In this document: piece by piece, positions 12,243-23,208 of the stretch | Numbering within the stretch: position 1 is the stretch's first letter | How the letters are laid out: every line of letters starts with the position of its first letter | Assembly (NCBI GenBank): GCA_036630325.1 | Contig: CP142731.1 | Span: 248,001 to 312,000 of the forward strand | Source: Vairimorpha necatrix | Taxonomy: Eukaryota | DNA length: 64,000 nucleotides | Direction: 5' to 3' | The notes under the pieces: model-generated | Told to the model about the DNA's origin: nothing | The model's input: the letters and a program-made list of their open reading frames with translations, nothing else | Database searches by the model: none | Translations under genes and position numbers: made by a program

Positions 12243-13164
12243 AATTTTCTTATATAAGTAATATTTATAATTTTATTTGTTGGTTTATTATAAAAGTAGA
12301 TTTTTGAAGAAAATCTCTTTTTATAATAAACCAAAAATTAAAAAAAATTGAAAAAATATTGAGGGCAAAAGAGATACAACACTTTAAATGATTATTATAA
12401 CTACATTTAAAATTAATTTTTGTATACAAGCATATATTTATTTGTTATTTTTAATGTAATAAGTGCTTAGTAATTTTTGTCTCTTCTTTGCTCCTCCTTT
12501 ATTTTGCACTTCAATTTTGGGGTTCGAAAAAATAAAGTAAAACCCTCAGAGGGGGGGGGGGTATTTCGGATCCCAGCTCCTAAATTCTATACGTTGTATA
12601 AAAAAAAATATAAATCGTTATAATATCTCCATAAATACGGAACACTGATATTAAAAAGGCTTATTTGGGATTTTGCTATCATAGAATTACCTATCATAAA
12701 CTTGAAAATTTTTAAATGATTAAAAAATGATCGTAAAAAATTATTAAATTATTTTTATCTAATTTGTAATGCCTGTCAAAAGATGAATAATATAAAAATG
12801 TGGATAAGATTTCTGTAATTGCAAAAACATAATATTATTATGTCTTTTTTAATAACAATTAATAACCAATATCTATTTTTATAAGGTTAAAATTTTCCAG
12901 GTTTTTTATATCAATCCTTTAAAATATATTAATCATTCTTATATTTATAAAATATTTGTAATAAACTGTTTTAATGTTGATGCTTTAAATATAACACTAA
13001 AAAACTTTCTATTAATATTAGATAAATACTTATTATGTAAATATATATTTTTATATAATTATTCAAATTGATACCTGCCAAATAAAAGTTTCTATCATTT
13101 TACATGTCAAAACATTTCTTAGAGATTGGAAGCCTGTACTAACTTATAACTATATATAACTATA

Positions 13165-13382
13165 TGAGGTCGTGCACAGGGATGTGTCCCGTCCTGAGGT
13201 AGTTCTCTAGGATGCTGTGGCACTTGGATACATCGATCCCTGTAATATAATCCTTAGTTGGAAAAGATTTATTTATTTTCTCTTGATTGCTCTTGAAAGG
13301 CATGGGGTTAAAAAATTATTTCTTTAAATATTTTTGAGGAACAAAATATTTGAAAGATAATTTTACGTGTGGTAATACCACA
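13165..13382 (-). repeat. 3' LTR of element A
   Basis: Direct repeat of 16981-17198. Confidence 0.96.
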
Positions 13383-13393
13383 TTCTGCCTCTC

Positions 13394-16300
13394 CTATAAT
13401 TTGACGTCCATTATGTGCGTCATGTGGCGGTCTCCTTCTAGTCTAATCCACCTTCCCTTCCGTCCTATCTCCGTGACTCGTTTCTTCCTTTTAAATTTCT
13501 TACCTAATTTTTTGGCGTGATGGTCTTTGGCATATACTAAATCTCCTATGTTGACTTTGCATGGTGGAATGATGTATGGTCGCGATTTTACCGTGGTTTT
13601 GTTGTGTAGGGGATCGAATACAGAGAACTGCTTGATGGCTGCAAGGGGCGATGTTCCTATGGTGCGATTATGGTTCATGTTTATTGTATCCTCGATGTCG
13701 GCGAGGATTGGCCGAATGTTTCTTTTCTTGTTTATTGCTAAGATAAACGCAATGGTTTTGTTTAAAGATTCAGATATTCCATTGGATCTCGGACTGTAGG
13801 TTGGAATTAGTGTATGAGTGATCTTTGCATTGTCTAAGTATGTTTTAAGTTCTCTACCAATGTACTGTTTTCCGTTATCAGATATGATTTGTTTTGGTTT
13901 GCCGTAATCTCTTTCCCACTGGGTTAAGGCCTCTATGACTTTACTTGCTCCAACATTGTAATAGAAGTATAATCTTGTAAATCTAGAATATATGTCTGTG
14001 ATGGACAAGATATATCCTGCCTCCTTTTTCCCCTTATGAATGTAGTCATTTAATTTAAAAGGTCCGAAAATGTCGCTGCTTATTTTTTCAAATTTATGGT
14101 TGGCAGATATATGGGGTCCTTTAGTCTCTATTCCGTTATTTCGTGGTTTATATCTTTTACAAGTTTCACATTTTGATATTATATCCTTTAAGTTTTGAAT
14201 GATGTTTTTTACGTAGACTATATTTTTCAAGTTGTTATACATCGTGGTAATGCCCCGATGACCAAATAACACGTGATTGTTCTTTAAAAACATTTTTGTT
14301 TCGGCATCCTTTAGGATGATTCTACCCTTTGAATCCAGTAAATATTCTCCGTCTCTGTAGTGGCTTGCCTTTTGCAAACTTGCGATGTATTCTTTTATTT
14401 TAGGGGTTTCCTCTTCAGTGATTGCAAAGCATCTTGATAAGTTGTCGGCTATTACGTTTTCTTTGCCATCTACGTGAAAAAGGTCGTAATCAAATTCATT
14501 CATGTTTAGCTTCCATCTTAGTATTCTTGAAGTTTCTTTATTGCATCCCATTACACAGTTTTTACTGTCTGTGTAGACTTCTATGTAAGATCCCTGTGTA
14601 ATTTTTCTAAAGTGAATCATTGATAGCAATATTGAGAGATACTCTTTTTCTACTATTGTATAATTAAGTTCCGGTCCTCCAAATTTTTTGCTATAATAGC
14701 CTATGATTCTATCTTCTTGGTATAATACACTTCCCATTCCCAACTCACTAGCATCGCAGTTGAGTTTAAATTTCTTTTTAAAGTTGGGAAAACATAATTT
14801 ATGATTTTGGCGGATATGAAGTTTCATCCTTTCAATCTCTAATTTCATTTCTTGGGTGAGTGCTTTGTTTTTGTTTTCTTTCTTTAGTAGATCACTAATT
14901 GCATGTAGTTTCATTGACAAATCAGGTAGAAATTTCCTGTACCAGTTCATGACTCCTAATAGTTTTTGTACATCTTTTAGTGTTTTGATTTCCTTGTAGA
15001 AGATTTTGTTTTCTAGATAAGACTGTTTTGGGTAAATTCCATCACCTTTTACGACGTATCCTAATACTTCTACTTCTGATTGAAAGAATTTTGATTTTTC
15101 AAAATTAATTTTAATGTGGTGTTCAAATAGTCGTTGAAGTACTTGTAATAGGGTCGCAGTATGTTCTTCTTTGGTCTTGTTGAAAATAATTATGTCGTCA
15201 ATGTACACAAAGATGTTACTTATTTCTTCTAGCATGTTTGAGATTTTTCTTTGGAAGATCTTCGGCCCCGGTTTTATCCCAAAAGGTATTCTTTTATATT
15301 GGTATTGTTTTCCTAACAAGAAAAATGACGTGTACTTTTTGCTATTTTCTTCTAAAAGAATTTGGTTAAACCCATTTTTTAAATCAATTTGACTAAAATA
15401 TAAATTTTCTCCCATGAGTGTAATTGAGTCTTCAATGTTTGGAATGTTCCATATGTCGTCTCCAATGTATTTGTTTATCTCTCGATAATCTACGACCAGT
15501 CGTAGTTCATTAGTCTTCTTTTTTTCCTTGAAAAAGGCCGGACTCGTGATATGTGATTCGCTTTTCTCTATTATGTTTTCTTTAAGTAGTCTATTTACTT
15601 CGTCTTTGGCCCTTTCCAGAAATTTAAACGGAACGCTGTAATTTTTTGGCTTCATATTTTTCGGTTCCTTTATTATTTTAAACTCTACTTTTAAGTTGTT
15701 AATGTGACTAAAATTGTTGTTGTTCTGTTGGTAAAACTTTAAATATTTAATTATTTCATCTTCTTGAACGACACTACATATATTGTCCATTAACCTATCC
15801 TCTAGTATTTCGTCGATGTTTTTTCTCGCATTTTTTAGAACTACGATGTCGTTATCCAACACGATTGTACGATCCTTATAATTTAAAATAGCATTGTATG
15901 AAGTAAGAAATTCGTTTCCTAACAAAAATTCTATCGGTGCATTGTCTAATATCTTAAAGTTAATATGGTAATTTTTTCTGTTTGGTAGAGTGACGTTGAT
16001 TAAAGCTTGTTTGCTTATGATCCTGTGAGTACCATCTCCAAATATAGTTCTTAGTGGCTTGCAGTCCTCTACTGATAGATCAAGGCTTTTTATTACATCA
16101 CTTCGTACATAGTTGCGGTGTGATCCAGAATCGATTAATAGATTTATGTTGTTTCCTTGGGTAGTACCTTCTAATATCAGTTCTAAGGGTTCATGTTCGT
16201 TCTCTTCACGTAATATCATTGTTTTGTTTTCTTTTTCCTTAATGCCTTTATTGTTGTTAAGGAAATAGCAATCTTTACTATTGTGGGTATTATTCCTATG

Positions 16301-17119
16301 GTGAGTGCACCATTTAGTACTTGAGAGTGGAGCTTTAGTTTGGGGGGTTTTTTGAGGTAGCATCATTTTCTTACTTCTCTCACTATGCACTAAGAGTCCC
16401 GATTCTATTCTTTCTAGGTGAAGAATGATCTCTCGTAGTGTTTTATTGTGTATCCCGGCTTTATATAGTTCCATGTCGGTATATGGCTCTAACCCTCGTA
16501 AGAAGATTTCTTCTGTTCTTCTATCAGTTTCGACTTTGCTCATGTGTCCCAGAAAGCTATACACCTCGAGATCTTTGGTTATCTTATTGAAGTATTCTTT
16601 CACAGTTCTGAAGTTACTCTGCTTGATGTTCTCCAGTTTATTTAGGTATAGTCTTTTGTTTTCAAGGGGATACTTGATAGCAAGTAATTCCTTTTTCAGT
16701 TGCAAGTATGAAGTACTGTCTAGTTCCTCCTTGTAGTATTCATCTAGTATGAGGCTATAAGCAATTAGTCCCATCTGTGAGTCATTCCAGCTATTACATT
16801 TAGATAAGTGTTCAAATCTTTTAAACCATGAAAGCTCTAATTCTTGTCGTACGTCAAAGATTTTCTTAATTCTTTCTTGAATTTTTTCTTCAGTTCCAAG
16901 AACCTGCATGGTGAACTGGGCGTATTCATCACTTCTGTGTTTATCTGAGTTGTTTGCACTTGTTGTCGTTGAATTCAACTTGAGGTCGTGCACAGGGATG
17001 TGTCCCGTCCTGAGGTAGTTCTCTAGGATGCTGTGGCACTTGGATACATCGATCCCTGTAATATAATCCTTAGTTGGAAAAGATTTATTTATTTTCTCTT
17101 GATTGCTCTTGAAAGGCAT
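13394..17119 (-). CDS. Gag-Pol polyprotein (gag, CHHC knuckle, protease, RT, RNase H, integrase), intact
   Basis: WCTHHRNNTHNSKDC; LLIDSGS; YIDD; NCDAS/ADNLSR; H..H..CETC; SDNG; domain order PR-RT-RH-IN. Confidence 0.96.
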   Translation of the reverse strand: MPFKSNQEKINKSFPTKDYITGIDVSKCHSILENYLRTGHIPVHDLKLNSTTTSANNSDKHRSDEYAQFTMQVLGTEEKIQERIKKIFDVRQELELSWFKRFEHLSKCNSWNDSQMGLIAYSLILDEYYKEELDSTSYLQLKKELLAIKYPLENKRLYLNKLENIKQSNFRTVKEYFNKITKDLEVYSFLGHMSKVETDRRTEEIFLRGLEPYTDMELYKAGIHNKTLREIILHLERIESGLLVHSERSKKMMLPQKTPQTKAPLSSTKWCTHHRNNTHNSKDCYFLNNNKGIKEKENKTMILREENEHEPLELILEGTTQGNNINLLIDSGSHRNYVRSDVIKSLDLSVEDCKPLRTIFGDGTHRIISKQALINVTLPNRKNYHINFKILDNAPIEFLLGNEFLTSYNAILNYKDRTIVLDNDIVVLKNARKNIDEILEDRLMDNICSVVQEDEIIKYLKFYQQNNNNFSHINNLKVEFKIIKEPKNMKPKNYSVPFKFLERAKDEVNRLLKENIIEKSESHITSPAFFKEKKKTNELRLVVDYREINKYIGDDIWNIPNIEDSITLMGENLYFSQIDLKNGFNQILLEENSKKYTSFFLLGKQYQYKRIPFGIKPGPKIFQRKISNMLEEISNIFVYIDDIIIFNKTKEEHTATLLQVLQRLFEHHIKINFEKSKFFQSEVEVLGYVVKGDGIYPKQSYLENKIFYKEIKTLKDVQKLLGVMNWYRKFLPDLSMKLHAISDLLKKENKNKALTQEMKLEIERMKLHIRQNHKLCFPNFKKKFKLNCDASELGMGSVLYQEDRIIGYYSKKFGGPELNYTIVEKEYLSILLSMIHFRKITQGSYIEVYTDSKNCVMGCNKETSRILRWKLNMNEFDYDLFHVDGKENVIADNLSRCFAITEEETPKIKEYIASLQKASHYRDGEYLLDSKGRIILKDAETKMFLKNNHVLFGHRGITTMYNNLKNIVYVKNIIQNLKDIISKCETCKRYKPRNNGIETKGPHISANHKFEKISSDIFGPFKLNDYIHKGKKEAGYILSITDIYSRFTRLYFYYNVGASKVIEALTQWERDYGKPKQIISDNGKQYIGRELKTYLDNAKITHTLIPTYSPRSNGISESLNKTIAFILAINKKRNIRPILADIEDTINMNHNRTIGTSPLAAIKQFSVFDPLHNKTTVKSRPYIIPPCKVNIGDLVYAKDHHAKKLGKKFKRKKRVTEIGRKGRWIRLEGDRHMTHIMDVKL

Positions 17120-17198
17120 GGGGTTAAAAAATTATTTCTTTAAATATTTTTGAGGAACAAAATATTTGAAAGATAATTTTACGTGTGGTAATACCACA
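16981..17198 (-). repeat. 5' LTR of element A (contains the CCCC-ATG start of gag)
   Basis: Direct repeat of 13165-13382; the ORF start at 17119 lies inside it. Confidence 0.96.
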
Positions 17199-17274
17199 CT
17201 ATAAAACAGTAAAATAAGTAAAAATGAATTTTAATAAAAAAATTTCTATAATTTGAAATCTAAAAATTTTACCC

Positions 17275-18403
17275 ATGAAAAAATTTATACAAGGTATCAC
17301 TAATTTATCAATCAAATTCCTAGATATCATGTTATCGGGGGATAGTCAAATAACATCAAATCAGGCAATATCTCCATATTCATTTTCTCAAGTCTTTGGT
17401 ATTCTTTCAAATGATCAAAATCATGTCTCAAAGAAAAGATATATGAATAGGCTAGGATTTAAATCTCAAGATAATAAGTTTAATGAAAATTCAAAAGAAT
17501 TCAATGAGAATTTGGTTGAAGACAATAAGAACAGAAAGAATATTTTTTTAGTAAAAAACTTTTTACTTCATCGAAACGATGTCAAAATCAATGAAAATAC
17601 TGAAAAAATAATTAATGAATTCTACAATTCAACAGTAACTTCATATGATCCATATGATACTGAACAAGAATTAAAAAAAATTAATGAAATGGTCGCCGGG
17701 GCTACATATGGAAATATAAAGGAAGCTTTGAAATCTATTATTCCTAGAACTACTTTATCAGTAGTGAATACTCTTTATATGAAATATGAATGGTTTAATC
17801 AATTTGATTATTCTAGTCATGAAAATTTTGTTTCGTTTTCTGGACAAAATAGGCAAGAGATGATGTATAAAATATCAAAATTTGATGTGTATCAAGATGA
17901 TACTAAAATGGCGGTAAAGATGCATTTTAAAGATTCAAATTTCAGTTTTGTGGCTGTAATGCCAACAGAATTAAGAAAATGGAAAAAAAACAATTAAAAA
18001 ATTATGTGATGAAAAAGAATTAGATAAAATATTGACAAAAATGAAATATAAAAATATAGAATTGATTTTTCCTAAGTTTAAAATTGAATCAGAATCCGAT
18101 CTTAGTGATTTTTATAAAGAATTACGAATCGAGAACTTATTAAAAACCACGACATTTGATAGTTTAATAGAAAATTTAAATTTCAAAAAATTAACTATCA
18201 AACAGAAACTTAGTCTTGATATTAATGAAGGGGGAATATCTATTCAAAATTCAATTCCTCCCGCTATCACCAACAGCATTTTAGAGAATGTCGAAGTTTT
18301 TAAATTCAATACCCCTTTTTTATGGTTCGTAATAAAACATGATGCTAAGAATAATACTAACACGCCTATTATTATGGGAAAGTATACTGGACAAGAAAAA
18401 TAA
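17275..18403 (+). pseudogene. Serpin, frameshifted in an A8 run (or a sequencing error); non-inhibitory-looking loop
   Basis: 17275-17997 and 18032-18403 join into one ~375-aa serpin if one A is removed from 17983-17990; ISPYSF, FPKF, DINEGG, FNTPFLWFV. Confidence 0.88.
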
Positions 18404-21163
18404 ACTATTAATTTTACTTTTTTTTATAAAGCGTTAATTATAGTCGTAGATTTTATTGTAAAATAACCAGGATAAGTCTAAATTTTTTTAATCTTTGTTT
18501 TTGTTAATTTACAGAAAATTTACTGTAAATAAAATCTCGTAAAACGTTTAAAATTATTTATAAGTTTCATATTAAACCTATTATTTCTTTGAAATAGATT
18601 TCAAGGTTATCAATAGCAGTTTATGGCCCAAGTAAGACAATTGTGCAATTTTTTACAACATGGGAAAACTGCATAAATTCTGATTAGAAATGAAATCAGA
18701 ATATATAAATCATAAATTCTACTTATTTTTGTTTTACTTTAGCAACAAACTAAAGATTTTTAAAAAAATGTATTTTATAAGTTAGAACATATGCCAAATT
18801 CATTTTTGTAAATAAATTTGCATTGTTTACTTTAACTATTGTTAAACTACTTATAACACTTGCAAACGAAATATTTATTTTTATGATGCTTTATACTACT
18901 TTTTTCCAATTTTTTTGAGCTAAAATTTTCAAATATATGTATTACTTCATGTATATAATTCAATCCCATTACTTTTTATCATATGACTACCAGAAACCTT
19001 CTTATCCTGTTTTTCATACAATAACTTTTGACAATTATATTCCCTTGAATAGGCACAAACTAACAACTTAAGTGAACAAATTAGATACAGAAAATCTGAT
19101 GTTCAGTATTATTTTAGCAGTTGAAAATTATAGATACCATTACAACATTGTAAATAACTAAAAAAATCATATTGTGAGTTAAACGAATTAATGTACTAAT
19201 TTCCTGCGATTTGTTGCAATCTCTGTTCGCTATGCAATTTTACGATTTTTTTCTGTCTTAAATGGGGCATTCTACCTCATAAGCTCTTGTATTCACCTTT
19301 ATACCTTTTTTCAGAGCATAAATACATTTAGAAAAATGCAAATTGAGTTATAGATCGTGATGAATATTTTGTCATTCTAACCCTTTAACGTTGTGTAATT
19401 TAAAGAAGTATACAACAATAAGAATCATTTTCTTATATTTATATATAAAAAATAAGTTATCTTTCAATGTAAAATAAATTTATACACATACTTAAAGTAT
19501 TACTATGAATACATTTAGTTTAAACTAATATCCTAGCAAAAATCTTGGTATCTTCAAATTTTTAACTTATCAAGTCTCATCTATAATATTATGTATATAT
19601 TTATTTTTTTCTTGTTTTTTTTTGGACAAATTTCATCTCACGTAGGAATATGAGAGCGTTGACTATTAGTAGAACATCATTTAGCCTTAGAATGTATATT
19701 GTTTAAATTGCTAGTCTGTACACTATTTATTCTAAACAGTATCGAAATGTAACGAGAATATATATTTATGTTTAGTAACAACGGCTGTGAGCTATATAGC
19801 GTTTGTAAGACAAAGTAGGAAATTATGCAAAATCGTTAAAAGAATTAGAAAAGCAAATAACATAAGATAACGAGCTGCATTCTCACAAGGGACAGATACT
19901 TTCAATTTCTCTGTCTAATCAACCTCTTTCATGTAAGAGTCTAGTGTAATTATCATTTTGAAATTAATAAAATAATGCTTTTCACATGCTAGCTCAACAA
20001 TGAAACCTTTATTATTATAACGAGAATTCTCTGTTCAAGTTATTTATAAAAGTATATACGTAAAAAAGTGAATTTAAAAAAAATTAAATATTCGATTCTA
20101 TAATGAGTCTACGTTCGAAGTTTATAATTCTACATGTAAAAAAAAAAAATTATTTTTTTAATAATATTAATTTTTATTTCCATGAAAATAGCCATTGTAT
20201 TGAATTTTAAGTGCTCGGTGAGAGATTTACGTTTGTAATTATTTTCATCAAATGAAGTAAATTTTGAAATTTGTCATTTACATTAGATTATATTTAAAGT
20301 TACGTTTTTATATAGGTTAAATTTTTTATTTATTCTCATAGTTTCTTGTGCACTTATTAGTCGTAAAGAACTTTTGTGTACATTTAATTTCCAAGTTATA
20401 ATGCTTAAAAGTATTATAATAGTAACCCTGTAGGAAATTGTTGTAATACCATAAGTAAATTTCCCAAAAAAAATAACGAGAGGAGTGATAATATTCTATT
20501 TTAATATATATACTTTTATAATGTGTCAATGCTTGAATTAAAACTTATATTATACTGGCGAATAACAATAGGCCTATCGTTTAATTAATTATCGTTAAAG
20601 ATCTTGTGACATTTTTTACCAAAAATTTAGAAAAGTGATGGTTTTTTTTCTGTTTCGCTTTTATAATTTCATTGATTCAATATATTCAATTATAAAAACT
20701 TAAAAAATATTAAATTAAAAATAATTAATTATTCTAATTTTTTAATTTTTTCTTGAAGAATATCATTTTTGCTACATACATAATCTAATCACAAATTATA
20801 TGTTAGGCCCAGTTCCAAAACATATTATTTATATTATGTCTTTCTTCCACAATTGCTCGCCAAACGAATATACACAATCGATTAATATAGTGTTAGTCGT
20901 TCCAATTAAAAGTTTCTTTCTAGCTATTTTTTATTTAGCTGAGCAAATTTTGCTTACAATTGTACCTATTGAATTTTTATATTCTTTAGGAACAAAAAGT
21001 GCAACCTGAGAAATATTTATTATTCTTTAATAATTGAAATTCATGTCTCAGTAAACGAGAATAAGTCGAACGATTTTCTTTAATCAATATTTTTAAAATC
21101 TAGAAAACGCGTGACATCAAATTAGTTTTTAATATTTTATACTTTGTGCGTGTTAAAGATAAT

Positions 21164-21886
21164 TGTAAGTTGGGGGTTAATTTATTGCATATATTCTTAA
21201 CATCCCCGCGCTAAATATAGAACTGAGTGATGTAATTATCTTTACAACTTACTACGCCTACTACTTGGCTCTTAAAATAAAAGTTCATTTTTATGTTAAC
21301 TGACCATGGGCTGCGCTTTGCTACATCGCATCTTACTATCCCTTCTAGTACTGGTCTTCGCGGTACTTTTTTCCCCTGTTATAATACATAAAGTTCATGG
21401 GCATGTGGTTAGTCTTTACTCATGTCTTCTCAACAATGAAATCGAATTTTTTCCGTCTATCTCATTCTTCGATAACAACACAGTTTCTTTTTGATTTTCT
21501 TCTCTTTTTAAAGCTCTCCGGATTTTTGAACACTGGTAGTTCAGCTATTTTGCCACGTTAGTTAATGTGAATAGTGAGATTACCACTACACTCTATCTCG
21601 ACAACTCTTATGCCAGATCTTATTACAGTCAATACTGTTTCTTAATAATTCTTCATTGCACCTCAACATCTTCACCTATCCGGGTCCCTCGAATGACGCA
21701 AGCACTCTTCTCTTCTGTTTTCAACCAACCCACCCCATTCTAAAATTACTGCATTTTTTACGTCCCATGCCTTGGCGAAATTTACAACCTCTTTTTTGTT
21801 TATTTTTGGGCTCAATAATTTTATTTTTACCATGTAAAAGAGAAATGTAAGTTAAGGGTTAAATTTATAAATAATTATTCTCAACA
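21164..21886 (-). mobile_element. Decayed, internally deleted LTR retroelement with ~40-bp LTRs
   Basis: Diverged TG...CA repeats at 21164-21202 and 21846-21886; PPT-like GCGGGGA abuts the 3' copy; purine-rich interior with a GIVR..SPW RT-like relic; no TSD. Confidence 0.55.
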
Positions 21887-23208
21887 GTGCAAAGTTTAAA
21901 CACCAAACCAAATTCTTATAGGGTCTTTCCTTTATATACCAATCATATACACTGTAGTCGTTTGATTGCATTCAATTCTATATTTGTTTTTAAACTGACA
22001 TTCATGTAAATTAAACAAGCTTATAAGGACAGCACCATAAAAATGAAAAAGCGATTTTCTACAAATACAACAAAGTTCTATATTAATTTATAATGTCAAA
22101 TTTCAGACCGCATCCAAAATAACAATCAAATTGATGAACATCTCGATTTAGATATTCTCAAATAATAAAAAATGTCTGTATACATAATTCTTTGTGTTTA
22201 CGCTAGAGTTGTCTCACATACGATTTTTTGGAACTGTTCGTAATATGTGTTAAATAGTGAATAAGATTTAATATTTAAATGCACACAAATAAACAAATGT
22301 TTTTTTTTTATATTTTGCACAACAAATTTATACAATAAAACAGATTTTAAAGCAAAAATAACATCTCTATATGACATCATGAAATTTAAAACTGTATTCA
22401 TCAGTATAATTATATATTTCATCTTTTGATATACATCGCTTGTTTTTTTTTGGTTTATAGTATCAGTTTACTATTGGTGAAATTAAGATTATTGATCATA
22501 TGAATCAATGTTTTTTTTGTAAATACATAAAAAGGCTAATAAGAATTGGTTTAAAGATTTTTAGAAATTTACAGTTTTTATTGGACTATGCAAGAAAATC
22601 AAAACTTATTTTTCCTTATGCAACGCTATTACATTTAGTAACCATTTTTTTACACAATCAATCGATGTGACATAGATACCCTTTATAATTTTTTAATATA
22701 ATATAGTTTTATTTCAAAATCAAAAATATCTGTCCTTATAGAAAAATCATCACATGGTTTAATTTAATTAATTTGAATGATTCGCGACAAAAAAATTGAC
22801 GTTTGATGGAGTTGACATGTACACATTGCCTTGAAAGAATTTTTGACACCATTGGAATCTGATTCCTAATTTCATATTCAAGCTAAAGATTTTTAAACTA
22901 TGAAATTTTTAAAAATTAATTAATGTATATAATCTCATTAATAAATTAAAAGTCATATTTTTCTTTTAAATTAAATGTCTGTATTTTTGTAATTTTGCCT
23001 AAATAATTTGTATTAATAATTTCTTTGTATATGTGCATTATGAAATTTATTTTATGTGTGGTTTCAGGTATGAGAAATAATATTCTATTATAAAGTTTAT
23101 GTAGTTTTAGTCATAACCAATGCAATACATTATGCTTGCATTTTACTTTTGTTTTAGATTAATATTTTTATTTGCGCACTCATATGCTAAAAAAAAAAAT
23201 TTACCCTT

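Larger units (their letters stand above)
8124..12580. mobile_element. Degenerate foldback/MITE-like element interrupted by the LINE; two tandem left arms (~8124-8345, ~8353-8520) and one inverted right arm (~12355-12580)
   Basis: ACTTTATTTTTTTGAACCCCCAAAACGAAGTGCAAAATAAAGGA...GAGACAAAAATTACTAAGCACTTAT (8166-8245) matches the reverse complement of ~12458-12540; arms begin with GGA; no TSD found. Confidence 0.65.
13165..17198 (-). mobile_element. Complete Ty3/Gypsy LTR retrotransposon (element A)
   Basis: Apparently identical 218-bp TG...CA LTRs (13165-13382, 16981-17198); 5-bp TSD CTATA; PPT AGGAGAGGCAGAA next to the 3' LTR. Confidence 0.97.

Noticed and set aside
10367-16736. Short antisense ORFs inside the LINE and element A (also in B, C and host genes)
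   Set aside because: Shadow ORFs opposite real coding sequence, mostly with non-ATG starts and no motifs.
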